Part shown: in pieces, positions 1 to 15,029 of the stretch
Position numbering within the stretch: the stretch's first letter is position 1
Layout: every line of letters begins with the position of its first letter
Notes under the pieces: model-generated
The model's database searches: none
What the model was told of the DNA's origin: nothing
The model's input: only the letters and a program-made list of their open reading frames with translations
Assembly: GCF_020745735.1 (NCBI RefSeq)
Contig: NC_083419.1
Coordinates: 73,672,096-73,736,095 of the forward strand
Origin: Hemiscyllium ocellatum
Taxonomy: Eukaryota
Reading direction: 5' to 3'
DNA length: 64,000 bases
Made by a program: the position numbers and the translations under genes

Positions 1-1227
1 AATAGAATTATGATTACTTGCCATAAAGTGCTCCCCCACTGATACCTCAACCATCCCCTTCCCATTACCTTACTTCCAAAGGTAAGGGGACGTTTAGCTC
101 CTTCTCTGTGATGGAGAACTTTGGAAAAGCAGCTGCAGCGATGTAACTGGGACTGGGGTCTGCAGAGTCTTCAACTCATTGAGACAGAGGGATTCAGTCT
201 GAGCTAGTTTCCTGGTGCTATCTTATGGAACTCACCTCATTAACTACCCACCCCACCCCACCCCACCCCATGATGTCATTCAATACCAGCCGGATTCTCC
301 CAACCAACCATCGCCCAGATGCCCCTGGATATTATGTGATCCCTGACACAGGCACTATCTTTAAAAGGCCAATGGGCACACGGTTGAGCTTCCTCAGTGT
401 GAGCTGCCCTACACAGTTTACCCCAATCATGGCAGATAAGGGGCAATTACACCACGGTTTGTCGACAGGGACACAGAGGTCCTGGTGGATGGGCTAGTAT
501 AGAGGAGGACCATTCTCTTCCCAGCGGGGGCCACACCACCAGACCCACCGAGAAGGGTCTGAGCTCCCCGCCCAGTTCAGTGCAGTATCTGCGGTCTGAA
601 GAAATGTCCAGCAATACAGGACAAGCATCAATAACCTTCGCTGCTCTGTCAGGATAAGGGTCACTGTATTCTCTTTGCTCCCACACACTCACTGTATCTC
701 TGTTATAGCACTGACACACGAACAAGGCTCATGCTCCACCACTCTCACTGCTGCAAACAGCATCTTCCTTCTCTCTCTCTTTCCCCTCCACTACATCTCT
801 CTCATTCATAACACTGTTTGGACACAACACTATGGACTGACTCCCACTGGACACATCACCATCTCGATCCCCCATCCGCGTCAGCACAAACAGCAGGGAC
901 CCCCACGCCCACCCTCCATTTCTCGCATTGCAAGAGAAACAGCCTGGAATAGGATGGAAAGGGACAAGCCGGGTGGTGGAGTGCCCAATATCCATCTCCC
1001 CACCACCACCCGTACCTGTGTGTCTGTATTTGACTCTGTGAGTATCTATACGTAAGTGCAGGTCTGACCATCTCTGTCGTGCTGAAAATAAAACAATCTC
1101 TCCCACAGCTGGCCTCCCCACCCTACTACAGTGACAGCGGCAGAGAGTGACATCACTTGAGGATTCAGACTGGGAGGGAGAGACAGTGAGAGAGCTCATA
1201 GCATGATCCAAACTGACAACACCATCA

Positions 1228-1228
<1 letters not shown>

Positions 1229-1308
<80 letters not shown>
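1229..1308. repeat. (CG)4(CA)36 microsatellite
   Basis: Direct count; alternating purine-pyrimidine tract. Confidence 0.98.
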
Positions 1309-1309
<1 letters not shown>

Positions 1310-1714
1310 GCTTGCACACCCAATGCTGGTAGATGGAATATTGCAAAAGCATTTGGGCCTGTCAGAATGGAAATGCTCACGTCTGAGTCAACCATTTTGT
1401 CAGGAGATGAGATGAATTAATTTCTCACTCTGTGACTTGCAATGCTTAAAATGTATCTGAGAAAGTATTGAAAAGTCCTGAAAAAGGCCCAGTAGTGTTG
1501 CTAATAATGCAGGAACAACATTGCTCAGTATCAGACAAATCTGCTCTATGCTTCCAAAGATATTATTGGAAAAATCAAACGGCCATGCAATTTGAGAGAT
1601 TCACAGCAAAGGATTTGTTATCTTCTGAGAGAGTAAAAAACTCTGCCATTGATGCAGTGGTGTGGGGAGGCCAGCATAGGGTAGTACTGTATGAATCTAA
1701 TCGCAAAACTCAGA

Positions 1715-2037
1715 GGCTCGCACTGCTGCCTCTCAGCACCAGGCACCCGGGCTCGATTCCACCCTCGGGCGACTGGCTGTGTGGAGTTTCACATTCTCCC
1801 CATGTCTGCATGGGTTTCCACCGGATTTTCCTGTTTCCACCCACAGTCCAAAGTTGTGGATGTTAGGTGAATTGGCAATGCTAAATTGTCTATAGTGCCC
1901 AGGTATGTGTAGGTTATGGGATTTAGTCATGAGTAAGCGTAGGATGGTATTTTAACGGGACTGGGTGGGTTACTCTTCGAAGGGTTAGTGTGGATGTGTT
2001 GGGTCGAAGGGCCTGTTTCCACATTGTTTGAATTCTG
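1715..2037 (+). mobile_element. tRNA-derived SINE (HE1-like)
   Basis: gcactgctgcctctcagcaccaggcacccgggctcgattcc (B-box-like) ... tgtggagtttcacattctcccc ... gggcctgtttccac; shares its 3' tail with CR1. Confidence 0.8.
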
Positions 2038-3704
2038 TGAACTCTGCGAACAACAGGTACAGATGGAGACAGAGGAGGAGGGAGACTTTGACCCCAATTT
2101 CAACATACTTACTTCAAAAGCAACTTTGCACAGAGATGCAGACAGAGGTACACACAAACCGAGATACTGACACTTACACACATAACATATGCACACAGAG
2201 ATGCACACACAGATATGGAAGTTTACACTCTAACACAGGAACATAACCCCACATACAGGCACACAGTGTCTTTAATACAGAAATATATACGTTTTATTAA
2301 TAAGTTATCAATGATCAGTTGAAGAAGGCAGGAGAATGGGGTTGAGAAATATTTTTGCCGTGATCAATTGTCATGGCAGACAAAAATGGGCTGAATGGCC
2401 TAATTCTGCTCCAGGGTTCATTGCTCATATGATCTTGTGGTGCCTGGAATTGTCTTTCCACGACGTCAGTGGAGGCTGAATTTGGTAATTATTTGATTTA
2501 GGAGAGTTAATGAGAAAGTGGACAGGCTTGAGGAGCAGAGTGATCAATATCTGTTTCTAACTGTCGACTCCTTTTGTATCAAAAAAGTGGTGATTGGTTT
2601 GAGGGGAACACATTTTGAGAATAAGGACATTCCCATTTCTGATTGAGACGGGGATATTCCTTTCTGCTTAGGGTTGTGTGATCTGTGGTGTTCTCATGCC
2701 GAAGTAGCAAGGTTCATTCCATAGATCTTTGATGTCCAAGAAAATCCATGTTTATTGCGAACAGAAAGGAAAGGGATGTTTAGTCACATTCACATCAGCA
2801 ATGCACATTCTGAATAGTGCAGCAGGCGCGAGGGACTGAATGGCCAGCTGCTGCCCCTAATCTACATGCTGTTCTCTCAACCACTCAGTAATGTTACAGA
2901 GGTAAAGAAAGATCCCATTCAGCCAGTCAACATCGTTGTAATGAGACTGGCGGAGACCATTCTGCCCTCTATACAGGAATAGATTGAAGTCATTCAGCCC
3001 GCTAAGTACATCACACAGTGTAGGATAATGCCATCCTAACTTTCTAGCTTGCTGCCCAGCAACAAGGGAAACCTAGTAAACTATCAGGGAATAAACATTC
3101 AGGATAAATGTTTATATTCAGGTTGTAAAGTTGTAACTTGTTGGAATGCCTCAGGGATCAGTGTGACATTATCAACAATTTACAATCTATACCAATGACC
3201 TGGATGAGGTGACCGATTGGATTGGAGCTCAATGACTTCATTTAGCAAGACAGTCATTTAACAGCATATGGAGACTCTGCAATGGGATACCGACTGGGGA
3301 AGTTAGTGAGCAAAGCTTTGGCAGAAAACAGTATAACAATGGCTCAGGGAAGTCAGTGCTCAGAACAGATAAAATAACAGTGACCTCCTTAAATGGAGAG
3401 AACATCGCAGAACGCATTGGTACAGAGGGATGTCTGTGTCTCGGTACATAAGCCATATAAACCTAGTCAGCAGATTCAGCAAGGGATTAGGAAAGTATAT
3501 TGAACGATGCTGTTTCATGCAAAGGCTATCGGGTATAATCATCGGGATGTTTTACTGCATCTGTACATGACAATGCTGAGACTACATCGAATGTATTGTA
3601 TGTAGTAATGCACCCTGAAATTGAAAGAAAAGATATGCAATTGTTTTAGAAGCTTTTCATCAATGCTTCACTTTAACTCTTGCTAGAATGAAGGCATGAT
3701 CAAA

Positions 3705-4060
3705 TCATAAAGTCATACAGCACCGAAATAGACCCTTCAGTCTAGCTCATTTGCACCGACCAGATATTCCAATCTGATGTAAAACCATTTGCCAACATTA
3801 GACCCATAACTCTTTCAACCCTTCTTATTTATATACCCATCCACTTCCTCTTAAATGTTGTAATTGTACCAGCCTTCACCACTTTCATTGCCAGCTCGTC
3901 CCATACATGCACTCCCCTCTGTGTGATAAAGATACCTCTCAGGTCTCTTTTTTAATTTTCCCCTCTCACTTTAAATCTTTGCCCTCTGGTTTGGACTCCT
4001 CCAGCCTTGGAAAATAAGCTTGGCTGATCCCGCATCCATGGCCCTCATGGCCTGTACAAG
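3705..4060 (-). mobile_element. CR1 LINE 3' fragment
   Basis: Reverse complement of the CR1 3' UTR and terminal ORF2 segment seen in other copies here (catacagcaccgaaatagacccttc...). Confidence 0.75.
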
Positions 4061-4758
4061 GTCAGAGTACTTCAGGCCTGAGAATGAGAGCTGTTCATAT
4101 TGAACCATCTAAGACCTTGAGGAGAGTGTATTGGGGTGTAGCTGAGGATTCAAGAATAAAACTAAGGATTTAATTTTAGAAAAAAAACATACTCATTTTA
4201 ACACATGTACTATGAAGACATGAATTTATTGTACAAAAATTATGCAGACACATATACGCGTACCTTCAAATTATAAATTACAAATTATTCCTAAATGGAG
4301 TAGGTAACAGGGATGGAGTCATTCAATCAGGAGAATTTTCAACCAGACCTTACCTCGTCCCGGTTGATGTTTGGTTCACATCATTGCATGTTTCAGATCA
4401 GAAAGGGAGCAAATGCAACATGTCGAAGAAGCAACGGCCATTTCTCCGTCTCTACTTGTACTTCTCTACAGCAACATACGAGCTGAAAACCAGTCAGCCA
4501 TCTTTAGTACTCTTTGAGGGTTCCTGTTGAGGATTGATTGGAATATCTCCACTGCCTGCAGCAAAGGGAATCCATTCAAATCCAACTGTTCCAGGAAGAA
4601 ACCACAATGCTAGCAGCTTCCGTGAGGCAGAATAACTTCAGAGGCAGAATAACAATTGAAACTTTCTCAATTTTGCTTTTATTCTGAAATTAACTGCTAC
4701 TTGGACAAAATTCTTTCGAATTAATATTCTGCAGCGTTCCTTTTCTTCTGGTTGTCTT

Positions 4759-4789
4759 TGTGTGTGTGTGTGTGTGTGCGTGTGTGTGT
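4759..4789. repeat. (TG)n microsatellite, one interruption
   Basis: Direct reading. Confidence 0.95.
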
Positions 4790-7489
4790 CTTCGTATGCA
4801 TGTTTCTGTGCCTCAGATTTATAGACAAATAAATGTTGATGTTCATATAGTCGATGGTCAAGTTGTATATCATTTATGTATCCATCCTAATTCGAGTAAC
4901 TTTGCTTTGGTATTAGATTAGTTAGTTTTACAAATTTAAGAAACCTGTCTGACTTGTTCCTAAACTGAACCTGGCCCAGTCTGAGACGGATATCATTTAC
5001 TTACACGTATATCACACACATAGTTACACTGATAATTTGTCGTGACAGCTGGAAGAAGGGGATTAGAAAAAAAAGCCATGACTCTCTAACCTCGGTAAGA
5101 ACAGGGATAAGGAGAAATTCTCAAAATGCCATTTGAGTTGGAATTTCTCCTCCCCACAGGTTTGTGGTACCTGTGTGTTTGCATTTATTCAAAGGTGTGT
5201 TAGTTAACTATTTGATGAGAAAGTGACTCAAGGATAATGAACTTCAGATAGGAACGTGGGGCTGAGACCACAGTCTGATCAGCCACAACCTTAGTGCCTG
5301 GTGGTGCAGGGATCCACTCCTCTTCCTCAGTCTTACTTTGCCCCATTCCATTCAGCCCCTCAATCGGCTACTCAGGAGCAGTTGGAGATCACTTGCTCCT
5401 ACTACCTTGTGCACAGAAAGCGAGGTGAACATTCAGCCCCTGAATACAGTCAAACAAGATTTGGCGTTGATTGGAAAACATTCTTGGGAAAAAGAGGTGG
5501 TGTTACTGTGAAACAGTCCCTTTCTGTCTCTTTACAGAAATTCCCCTGTCTCCATTTATTAGTCATGTTGTTGACCCAGATTCATAGTGAATAATGACCA
5601 CATACTGTAACCACATATTGCTCTCAAAATCCTCTGGTCTCTTTGACGACAACATTCCTTCAAAGGACATCCAGAAAAATAACAACGATGAACCTTCCAA
5701 TAACAGAATTCAAGAACATGAGAAGCAGGAGTAGGTCATTCAGCCCCTATAGCCTGCCTTTGCCTTCAATAAGATCATGTTTGATCTGCTCTAGGCCCCA
5801 ACTCCTGGAGTGCCTGCCGTGTCAAACATCCAACCATCCCTGTCTTCCCACTATATCAATGATCCCCAACCTCTCTGGGATAGAGAAGTCCCGATGGTCA
5901 CTCCCCTATGTGAGAAAGAAACACATCGCACACATGCACCGTGACCTATTGACATGGACATAATACATAAAAAAAACAGGTAATAGTGACTGGCCCTGAC
6001 AGCAAGGCAGTGTTTAACTGAGGATGGTATCACGGAACCTGAAGAAAATGGAACTTAATGGAAATCAAGGGTAACCTCCCCATGAGTTGAAGTGATTTGG
6101 CACAAAGAAGATGTTGGTAGTTCTTCGACATGCACCATCTAAGTCTCAGGACATCTCTGCGGGAGATCCACAGCACAAGCATCCTCATTTGCACCTCGGT
6201 GTCTTCCCCCCGTCAGAATCTCAGAAGTGGAGATGCTGACTGAAAATCATGTAATGTTCAGAACAATGTGTCGCCCTCAGCTCCTGAAGCAGCCTGTGTC
6301 CATGTGCAGGAAGACCCGGATAGCATTCAGGCTTTTGCTGTTAGAGTGTTGGTAATATTCATGTAACAGTCCTGCTGGACACTGTACGTTACCAGAGTAA
6401 AGAGAAGTGCTCATTCAGCACCTCAAGCTCACTTCACAAGAATGTGAGGAGGTCATTCCACCCATCAATGCTATTGGACAAGAATAAAGATCGCCCATTT
6501 ATTCTCTCCTGACTATTACACATGAAGATAAGGAGCCCAGTCAAACACATGATCTGTTAAGCTGGAACCACGGGTTGCCCAGTCAGATTCTTGAGCGTCT
6601 CCCATGACATCAGAAGGTGGCCATTCTGCTGCTCAAGCCCCTTGTACAGAAATAGGAGGATGTTATCTATGACCAAACAAGACAAACCAGTAAATCAGAG
6701 ACTGCACGAATAGACTGCCCTATCTTGTTCCTCCTGGCTCCATTGTTAGTGGTACACAATGGATGCATTATTATGGTTTGTTGACGGTGACGAGGGAGGA
6801 CATCTCTGAGAAGGCAGACCAGTATTCCCTATGGAGGTCAGAAGCTGTTTGGAATAGCTAACATTTTCAGGAGTTAGGCATTGCAGCTGCTGACAGATTT
6901 ATGAACAATGTGACTTTCAGTGCAGGGTCACACACCAATTGCACTTTGAGGCAAAGAGAGTTCATGCAGAGCCTGAAGCTCTCTCCCAACCAACAGAGGT
7001 CCATATACTAAAAAGAAGCACGTATCATGGGCAAAATGTAATTTCCCATGCCGTCAAAGTCTTTCTCTGGACAAGATGTGTTTTCAGCCATAATCTTCAA
7101 ATTTCAATGCAGTCAACTCTTATTCTCTCACCGTGCTACCAATTAAACATCCATTTCCTTCACACTCTCTTCATGTTACCATAATCCCAGAGATTATTCT
7201 GATGTAACAGCTTTGCACTACCTCTGTGACAAGGAGATAATTGATTTATAAAGGAGAGAAAGTCCGTCCACAATAGCCCAAATACTGCCTCAACAACACT
7301 CCACAACTACACATGATTAATTTTGTAGTGAAGGCTGTCATTTCATTTCCTGTCCTGGTTAATAGGTGCCCTGCATGAATTCTGTTTGTGACGTGTGACT
7401 AAGGACATTTCGGTCTTTTTTTGCCAAAAGCACTTCCCAACCTCGCACCTACTAATAAATACAACATGAAAAGGAAATTATATATCACC

Positions 7490-10400
7490 AAAAAAGAACA
7501 AAGAAAATTTACAGCCCAGGAACAGGCCCTTCGGCCCTCCAAGCCTGAGCTGATCCAAATGTAATGTCTAAACCTGTCAGTCAATTCCTAAGCATTTGTA
7601 ACCCTCTGCTCCCCACCTACTCATGCATTTGTCCAGACGCATCTTAAATGAATCTACCGTGCCTGCCTGTACCACCTCTGCTGGCAACGCGTTCCAATTG
7701 GCCACCACCTTCTGTGTAAAGTACTTACCACGTGTATCCCCCTTAAACATTCCACCTCTCACCTTGAAAGCGAGACCTCTCGTTATTGAATACTTCACCC
7801 TGGGAAAAAGCTTATCACTCTCCACCCTGTCTAAATCCTTCATGATTTTGTAAATCTCAATCAGGTTCCCCCTCAATCTTTTTTTTCCTAATGAAAATAA
7901 ACCTAACCTGCTCAACCTCTCTTCATAGCTAGCACCTTCCATACCAGGCAACATCCTCGTAAACCTTCTCTGCAACCTCTAAATAGCGTCCATATCCTTT
8001 TGGTAATGTGGCGACCAGAAGTCTACACAGTATTCTAAATGTGGCTGAATCAATGTCTTGTACCATGTTAACATGACTTGCCAGCTCTTATACTCAATAA
8101 CCCATCCAATGAAGACAAGGAAACCATATGCCTTCTTGACTACTTTACCCATCTGTGCAGCAACCTTCAGAGTACAATGGGCCTGTACTGCCAGATCTCT
8201 CTGCCCATCAACTTTTCCTTAGGCTCTTCCATTTATTGCATAATTCGCTCTAAAATTAGACTTGCCAACATGCATCACCTCACATGTGTCTGGATTGAAA
8301 ACCATCTGCCACTTTTCCGCCCAAATCCCAAGTATATCTTTATCCTTCTGTATTTTCTGACAGTCCCTTATGCTTTATGCTACTCCACCAATCTTCGTGA
8401 CATATGCTAACTTGCTGATTATACCAACAGCGCCCTCTTCCAGATCATCTATGTATATTACAAACAACACTGACCCCTGTGCAACACCACTGGTCACCTT
8501 TCTCCATTTCGAGAAACTCTCTTCAACTACTCTGCTCTGTCTCCTGTTTCTAAACCAGTTCTTTATCCACCTAGCTAGAACACCCTGCCCACCATATGAC
8601 TTGAATTTCTCCATTAGTCTATCGTGGGGAACCTTATCAAACTCCTTACTAAAGTCCATGTATATAACATCTACACCCCTTCCTTCATCTAACAACTTGC
8701 TCACCTCCTCGAAGAACTCAATTAAGTTGGTAAGGCACAGTCTCCCCTGCTCAAAACCATTTTGCCTATCACAGATAAACTCATTATTTTCTAAATATAA
8801 GTAGATCCTATCCCTCAGTACCTTCTCCAGCAACATTCCCACCACTGACGTCAGGCTTACTGGTCTTTGGTTACCCAGAATAAGTCCACAACCCTTCTTG
8901 TACAGTGGACAACATAAGCTACCTTCCAGTCGTCCGGAACCTCACCTGCATTTAAGGATTTCACAAAAGTATCTGTCGAGTCCCCAGATATTTCCTCTCT
9001 TGACTCCCTCAGCAACCTGGGATAGATCCGAACCGGTCCTAGGGATTTGTCCACCTTAATAACCTCTCGCCTCGCCAATACATCTTCCCTACTTACGTCA
9101 ATGTAATCCAGACTAATCAAACGTATGTCTCTAATCTCAACATTCATCATGCTCCACTCCTCAGTGAACGATGATGCAAAGTAATTATTCAGAATCTCAC
9201 CCATTCTCTTAGGTTCGACACACAGCCTTTCTTCGTTATCCTTTAGTGGGCCGCTCCTTTCTCTAGTTAACCTCTTGCTTCTTATATAAGAATAAAATGC
9301 TGGTTTCTCCTTAATTCTGCTCGCGAAAGCTATTTTATAACCCGTTTAAGCCTCGCCTGGTTCCTCGTTTAAGACTTGTCTTACTCCCCCAATATTCTTC
9401 CAGGGCCCGTTCTGTTCTTAGCTGCCTAGGCCTTATGTATACTTCCCTTTTCCTCTTGGCTCATCGTACAATTTCTCCAGTCATCTACAGTTCACGACTG
9501 TTGCACTTCCTATCCTTTGCCATCAACGGGACATGCCTATCCTGCACTATCTGTAAACTATCTTTAAAAGCCTCCCACATCTCAAATGTTGATTTCCCTT
9601 CAAATAGCTGTGTCCATTCCACAGTTCTGACCTCATGCCGAATTTTGATATAATTATTCTTGGCCCAGTCTAATACTCTTTCTTTAGAATCACTCTCTAC
9701 TAGTATTCTAAAACTTACAGAATTGTGGTTACTGTTCCCAAATAAGTCCCCTACCGTAACATCTACCACCTGTCCTGGCTTGTTCCCCTGTACCAGGCCC
9801 AATATGGCCCCTTCCCTCATCGGACTTTTGACATACTGCAGTAGAAAATTCGCCTAGACACTTCTCACAAATTCTACCCCTTCCAGACCTCTGGCGCTAA
9901 GGATATCCCAGTCAATGTTGGGAGAATTAAAATCTCCCATCACCACTCCCCTATTGACTCTACATCTTTCCATAATCTGTTTACTATTTGTTCTTCTACC
10001 ACATACTCAACGTTGGGAGGCCTGTAATACAACCCTAACAGTGTAACTGCGTCCTTCTTATTTCTCAGCTCTACCCATAATGCCACACTACCCGAGACCT
10101 CCATAGTGTGCTCCTTTAGCAGAGCCGTGATATCTTCCTTGACCAGCAATGCAACTCCACCTCATCCCCTTTTACTTCCCTCCCTGTACTGTCTGAAGCG
10201 TCCATATCTTGGAATGTTTAATTGCCAATCATCAGGCTCTTCCTTCAACCAAGTCTCTGTGATGGCGATAATGTCATACTCACAGGCACCAATCCAAGCC
10301 CTAAGTTCATCTGCCTTACACACTATACTCCTTGCATTAAAGTAGATGCATTTCAGGCTACCAGTTTTTTTTAATGCTCATCTACTCACTGCCTACTCTT

Positions 10401-11430
10401 CCATTTATGAATGCTATCTTCATAATTCTTACAGTCTCCATCTCACTGCCTACTTGTTTTCTCTTCTGGTTCCCAGTACCCTGCCACATTAGTTTAAATT
10501 CTCCCAACAGCAGTAGCAAAAACTCACCAAAGGACTTTGGTTCTGGTCTGGTTCAGATGTAGACCGTCCATTTTGTAATATTCCCACCTTCCCCAGAACC
10601 AGTCCCAATGTCCAACAAATTTAGTCCCTCCCTCCTACACCATCTCTCAAGCCACGTGTTCATCCTACCTATTCTATGATTTCTACGCAGGCTAGCACGT
10701 GGCACTGGTCGTAATCCCAAGATAACTACTTTTGAGGTCCTCCACTTCTCTCCTAGCTCCTTGAATCCTTCTATCAGCACCTCATCTTGCTTTCTACTTA
10801 TATCGTTGTTGCCTATATGCACCAAGACAACTGGCTGTTCACCCTACCCTTTTAGAACACTCTGCAGCCGATCGGTGACATCCCTGACCTGAGCACCTGT
10901 GAGGCAACATAACATCCAGGGGTCCCATTTTTCGGCCACAGAACCGCCTATCTATTCCCCTCACAATAGAATTCCCTATGGCAATGGTCCTAAGAGTCGT
11001 TTTCCCGCCCTTCCGAACAGCAGTACCTGCCACGATGCCATGAAACTTGCATCTGCTGCCCTCCCCTGGTGAACCATCTCCCCCCACAGTATTCAAAACG
11101 GTAAACTTATTTTGGAGGGAGATGACCGCAGGGGACACCTGCACTGCCTTCCTACTCTTTTTCTGTATTTTGGTCACCCATTCACTATGTTCCTCAGCAA
11201 TTCTAAACTGCGGTGTGACCAGTTCACTAAATGTGCTATCCGCGATCTCCTCAGCATTACGGATGCTCCACAGTGCATTCATCCACAGCTCCAGAGACGT
11301 CACGCGGTCAAACAAGATCTGCAGCTGGACACACTTCTTGCAAGTGTAAGAGTCAGGAATGTCAGCCACGTTCCTCAGCTCCCACATCAAGCAAGAGGCA
11401 CAGGCCACGGGTCTGAGTCAACCATTGCAG
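7490..11430 (-). mobile_element. Near-full-length, degraded CR1-clade LINE (ORF1 with zinc-finger-like and SGNH esterase motifs; ORF2 APE endonuclease plus RT)
   Basis: ORF1 CASCLMWE...CKKC, IGNSIVRGIDRRFCG, VHIGNND. EN LWVELRNKK...GLYYRPPN. RT LCLTNLIEFFEEV...VIYMDFSKEFDKVPH, GVAQGSVL. C-term YEERLSRLGLFSL. Multiple stops and frameshifts. Confidence 0.92.
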
Positions 11431-11503
11431 TTTGGCTAAAAGGTTGTCATAGTACAGTGAAAGTTTATAGTATCCTATTTGCCTTACAGACATCTTACAT
11501 TTC

Positions 11504-11631
11504 NNNNNNNNNNNNNNNNNNNNNNNNNNNNNNNNNNNNNNNNNNNNNNNNNNNNNNNNNNNNNNNNNNNNNNNNNNNNNNNNNNNNNNNNNNNNNNNNN
11601 NNNNNNNNNNNNNNNNNNNNNNNNNNNNNNN
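11504..11631. other. Assembly gap (128 N)
   Basis: Run of n characters. Confidence 1.
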
Positions 11632-13754
11632 AATGAAAACGCTATTGTTATTTTGGTATTCTCTAATTAGATTCAGGGGTTCAGTCTTTTTAACATGCAT
11701 GTTCACGTATACTTCGGTGTTTGTTTGGAACTGAGAATTAACCGGATTTCAGACTGCTTAGGAGCATATAACTTAAGCAGCTATTTAAAACAAATCTGTA
11801 TCTGCTCAAATTTTCCAAGTGTGGACTGATAGTCCATGACTTACGAAGGAATTAATATAAAGCTGACATGACAAATTAAGATTAAAAAAAATACTCAGAG
11901 GACATTGTGGTGCTCTAGAGAAATACAGTTTGAGTGAGTCGTCAAAGACCTGACAAATAGAGCTTTACGTTGAAAAACGTGAAGTTGTCCATTTTGACTG
12001 GAACAAAAACATTTTTTTTAAATAGAGGGAGATTGCATAGCTCTGAGATGCATTGGGATCACAGTGTCACATTACCTGAATCACAAAGTGCTAGCATGCA
12101 GATACAGTACATAATTAGGAAAGCGAATAAATGTTTTCCTTTTATTGTGGGAGAATTTAAACACAAAAGTAGAAAGCATTGTTGAGCTTGTATCTTGAAT
12201 GCTCTAATTCTTATTGGTCACCCTGTTTATGGAAGGAAATAAATACATTGGAAGCAGTTCGGAGAATGCTTACCAGAATAATACCTATTGAATGACTTGT
12301 CATACAGAGGGAATTCAGATAGTCTAGGCTTTTATCAGTTTGTGTTTAGGAGAGGAAGAGGCAAATTCATTGAAACAAGGTTTTTCCTCTTAGAGAAGGA
12401 CTACTGTCTAAATGTCAGTGGTTGTCCATTTAAAACAGATCGAGATGATTTGTTTTCTCTCAAAATGTGGAAATTCTGACACGTTATTAAAGCAGAGTTC
12501 TGGAATATTTTTAAGACAAAGATGAATAGTTTATTGTTGAGAGAGGGGTGGTGAAAGGTTTTCAGGATAGGCAGGAATGTGGATTTAAAGTCACAATTAA
12601 TGAGACATACTCATGCTGAATATCTAACTCATCCACGTTTGTGTGGGATGTGGCAGGTTGATTAAACTGACAAATTGGAGTTTCAATGTAACGATTCAAC
12701 AAACACGTTTATAATGCTGAAATCCTCCAAATCTAATGGTTGAGTTTTTCAACTGTTTGTTTAAAATCACTTCACTTGTGCTGTAACACCAATTGCAGAT
12801 ATGGAAACAGTTGTGACACTTTCAAGGCAGAAGAGATTCCAGTAATGAATGTAATGATCACAAAGAAAGTTTGGGTCCAATGTGTGACATAATTAAGTTT
12901 CATCTAGAACATAAACAATGTGAAAGAAAATTAGTGCCACTTCCTGTAAGTTCTATGGAGGGGCTTCTTTCTGAGTGCATGCCACAGCAATGCAACAAAC
13001 ACCAGCCTACAGTAGTCACATTAAAAAAATTGCTTTATTATGTCTACAAGGTTTGCATTTTTCTGAGAGATTAGAGATTTTGTTTGCTTACAAAATAGTT
13101 GCATCAATACAAAACCTTCAAAAGTCGTCAGTGGAAAATTGTTTGCCCATTCACTATTCAGATCTCAATTTGTAGTCAAACATTTAGATAGCTGAATTCT
13201 GAAGAAAGGATAACGATTGGGGCTCCTATCTCCTCTGCTCCCCTCATTCTGCCTGTGGTGTCTTTCAAATCCCCTATGAAAGTATGAAAGAAGAAACCTA
13301 CTGTTTTCCCTTGTCCCACTACCTTTGGAAGTTGATCTACTTAATAAATACAGTTGATCAATGAATATAATACTGAATCGCTGAGCATCCAGCAATTTTA
13401 TACTAGCCATCAGCTAATTGTGCATACATGCAAGAACTTGTACTCTTTGCCAAAACCAAATGTATGTGAGAACAGGATTCCAGTGCTAGAAAAAAACACA
13501 GAAAAGTAAAAATTTCCTGCTGTTACTGTGAACAATAAATTAAATTCAGCAAAGGATTGAGAATAGATGTAGTTTGAAATTTTCCATAGCACTGAATGGA
13601 GCAGAATTTGACTGTGCAATAATGTCTAAATTGGGTAATTACTGAACTTATTAGAACTCTTGTGGATTCTTATTTCAATTTGATTATTTTGTTAAAATTT
13701 GATGACCAAAGGACGGTGTGAGAGAGTTTATGTCACAAGAATAATGTAGTAAAG

Positions 13755-14055
13755 TCCAAAACGAGAGGACATAGGTTTAGTTTGAGAGGGGAAAGATATG
13801 AAAGAGACCTAAGGGGCAGATTTTTCACGCAGAGGCTGGGATGTGTATGGAATGAGCTGCCAGAGGATGTGGTGGAGGCTGGTACAATTGCAACATTTAA
13901 GAGGCATTTGGATGGGTATATGAATAGGAAAGGTTTGGACGCTTATGGGCCGGGTGCTGGCAGGTCGGACTAGATTGGGTTGGGATATCTGATTGACATG
14001 GACGGGTTGGACCGAAGGGTCTGTTTCCATGCTGTACATCTCTATGACTCTAAGA
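13755..14055 (+). mobile_element. CR1 LINE 3' fragment
   Basis: RGERYERDLRGRFFTQRLGCVWNELPEDVVEAG followed by 3' UTR ending ctctatgactct. Confidence 0.88.
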
Positions 14056-15029
14056 CCTAGCTTAAAATGTCTTCTTTCATGACTAATTTCAGCTGCGTAT
14101 ACTGTGAAGAACTGGGAAATCTAATGTCTCCAGGGACAGTTGCAGAATATAAGTTTGCTCCAGTTTGTGTATAAATGATCCTTGATTCAGACTTCAAAGA
14201 TGTGAAAGGAAATTGCTGGAGAGCTTTTTTTTTATTGTTCAGGCACTTCCTCTTGAAAGCATGTGACAGCCGTGCAACAAACACCTTTGCAGACCAGACC
14301 ATAGCAATCGCAGCAAATTTCCATCTCTAATGCTCGCTTTATTCCTACAGAATGAAGCTCTTATTTAACTAGAACAACAGAAAGCATCCAAATAAAACCC
14401 AAAAGAATGTTGTAAATCAGAAAATAAAAGGGATGCTGGAAAAGCCATTGCTTTGAAATATCCAAATCTCTTCAGTGAGATGTTTCCCCTTCATCAGCCA
14501 GATCCTGAAAGTTTTACCTCTGATTGATCTCTCTAGTTTATACTGCAAGGAAGTATCCCTTCTCCCCGACATTCTCTGCCTCTTCCCCTACCTGTGCTCT
14601 GCTTTCTTGCAAACTAGTAATGTAAATGTGACAAAAAAAAACACCAACTCATGAAGTCATACTTCTGCAGTGTGAACAGGTTTGAAAAAGCAGCTGAATT
14701 AGAGCTGCAATATTGAATCCAGATTTTTCAGCCGTTCCAGCAGCTGCACACCCTTGTAGATGGAGACAAATGCTGATTTCAGTGGCTAAACTTGTCTGTT
14801 CAATTGCAAGCCTGGTAAACCTGGCAGCCTAAACTGCGATGGAGATGGGAAACCGTGCCTTCCAAATCTAAAGCGGTCATGAAAAAGGATGTTTGATGTA
14901 ATATGTGACCATGATTTTGCTTCCTTCAGAGTACAAGGAAATGAAAGTAAATTGCTGGTGGGCTGACAGTCACAGTAAGGTAACGTACAGACTCCTCATG
15001 AAAACACCACACAGCAATGCAAAGAATAC

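Noticed and set aside
447-725. GC-richer ORFs near the window start (EYSDPYPDRAAKVIDACPV...; MLVLYCWTFLQTADTA...)
   Set aside because: No recognisable domain or convincing splice pair; could belong to something outside the window but unsupported.
729-1415. 207-aa and 70-aa ORFs with (CV)n and (HT)n runs
   Set aside because: Translations of the (CA)36 microsatellite.
4340-4660. Possible minus-strand exon ending at GAG|GTAAG (~4356)
   Set aside because: All frames contain stops and no family is recognisable.
11362-11706. ORFs containing X runs
   Set aside because: They span the N gap.
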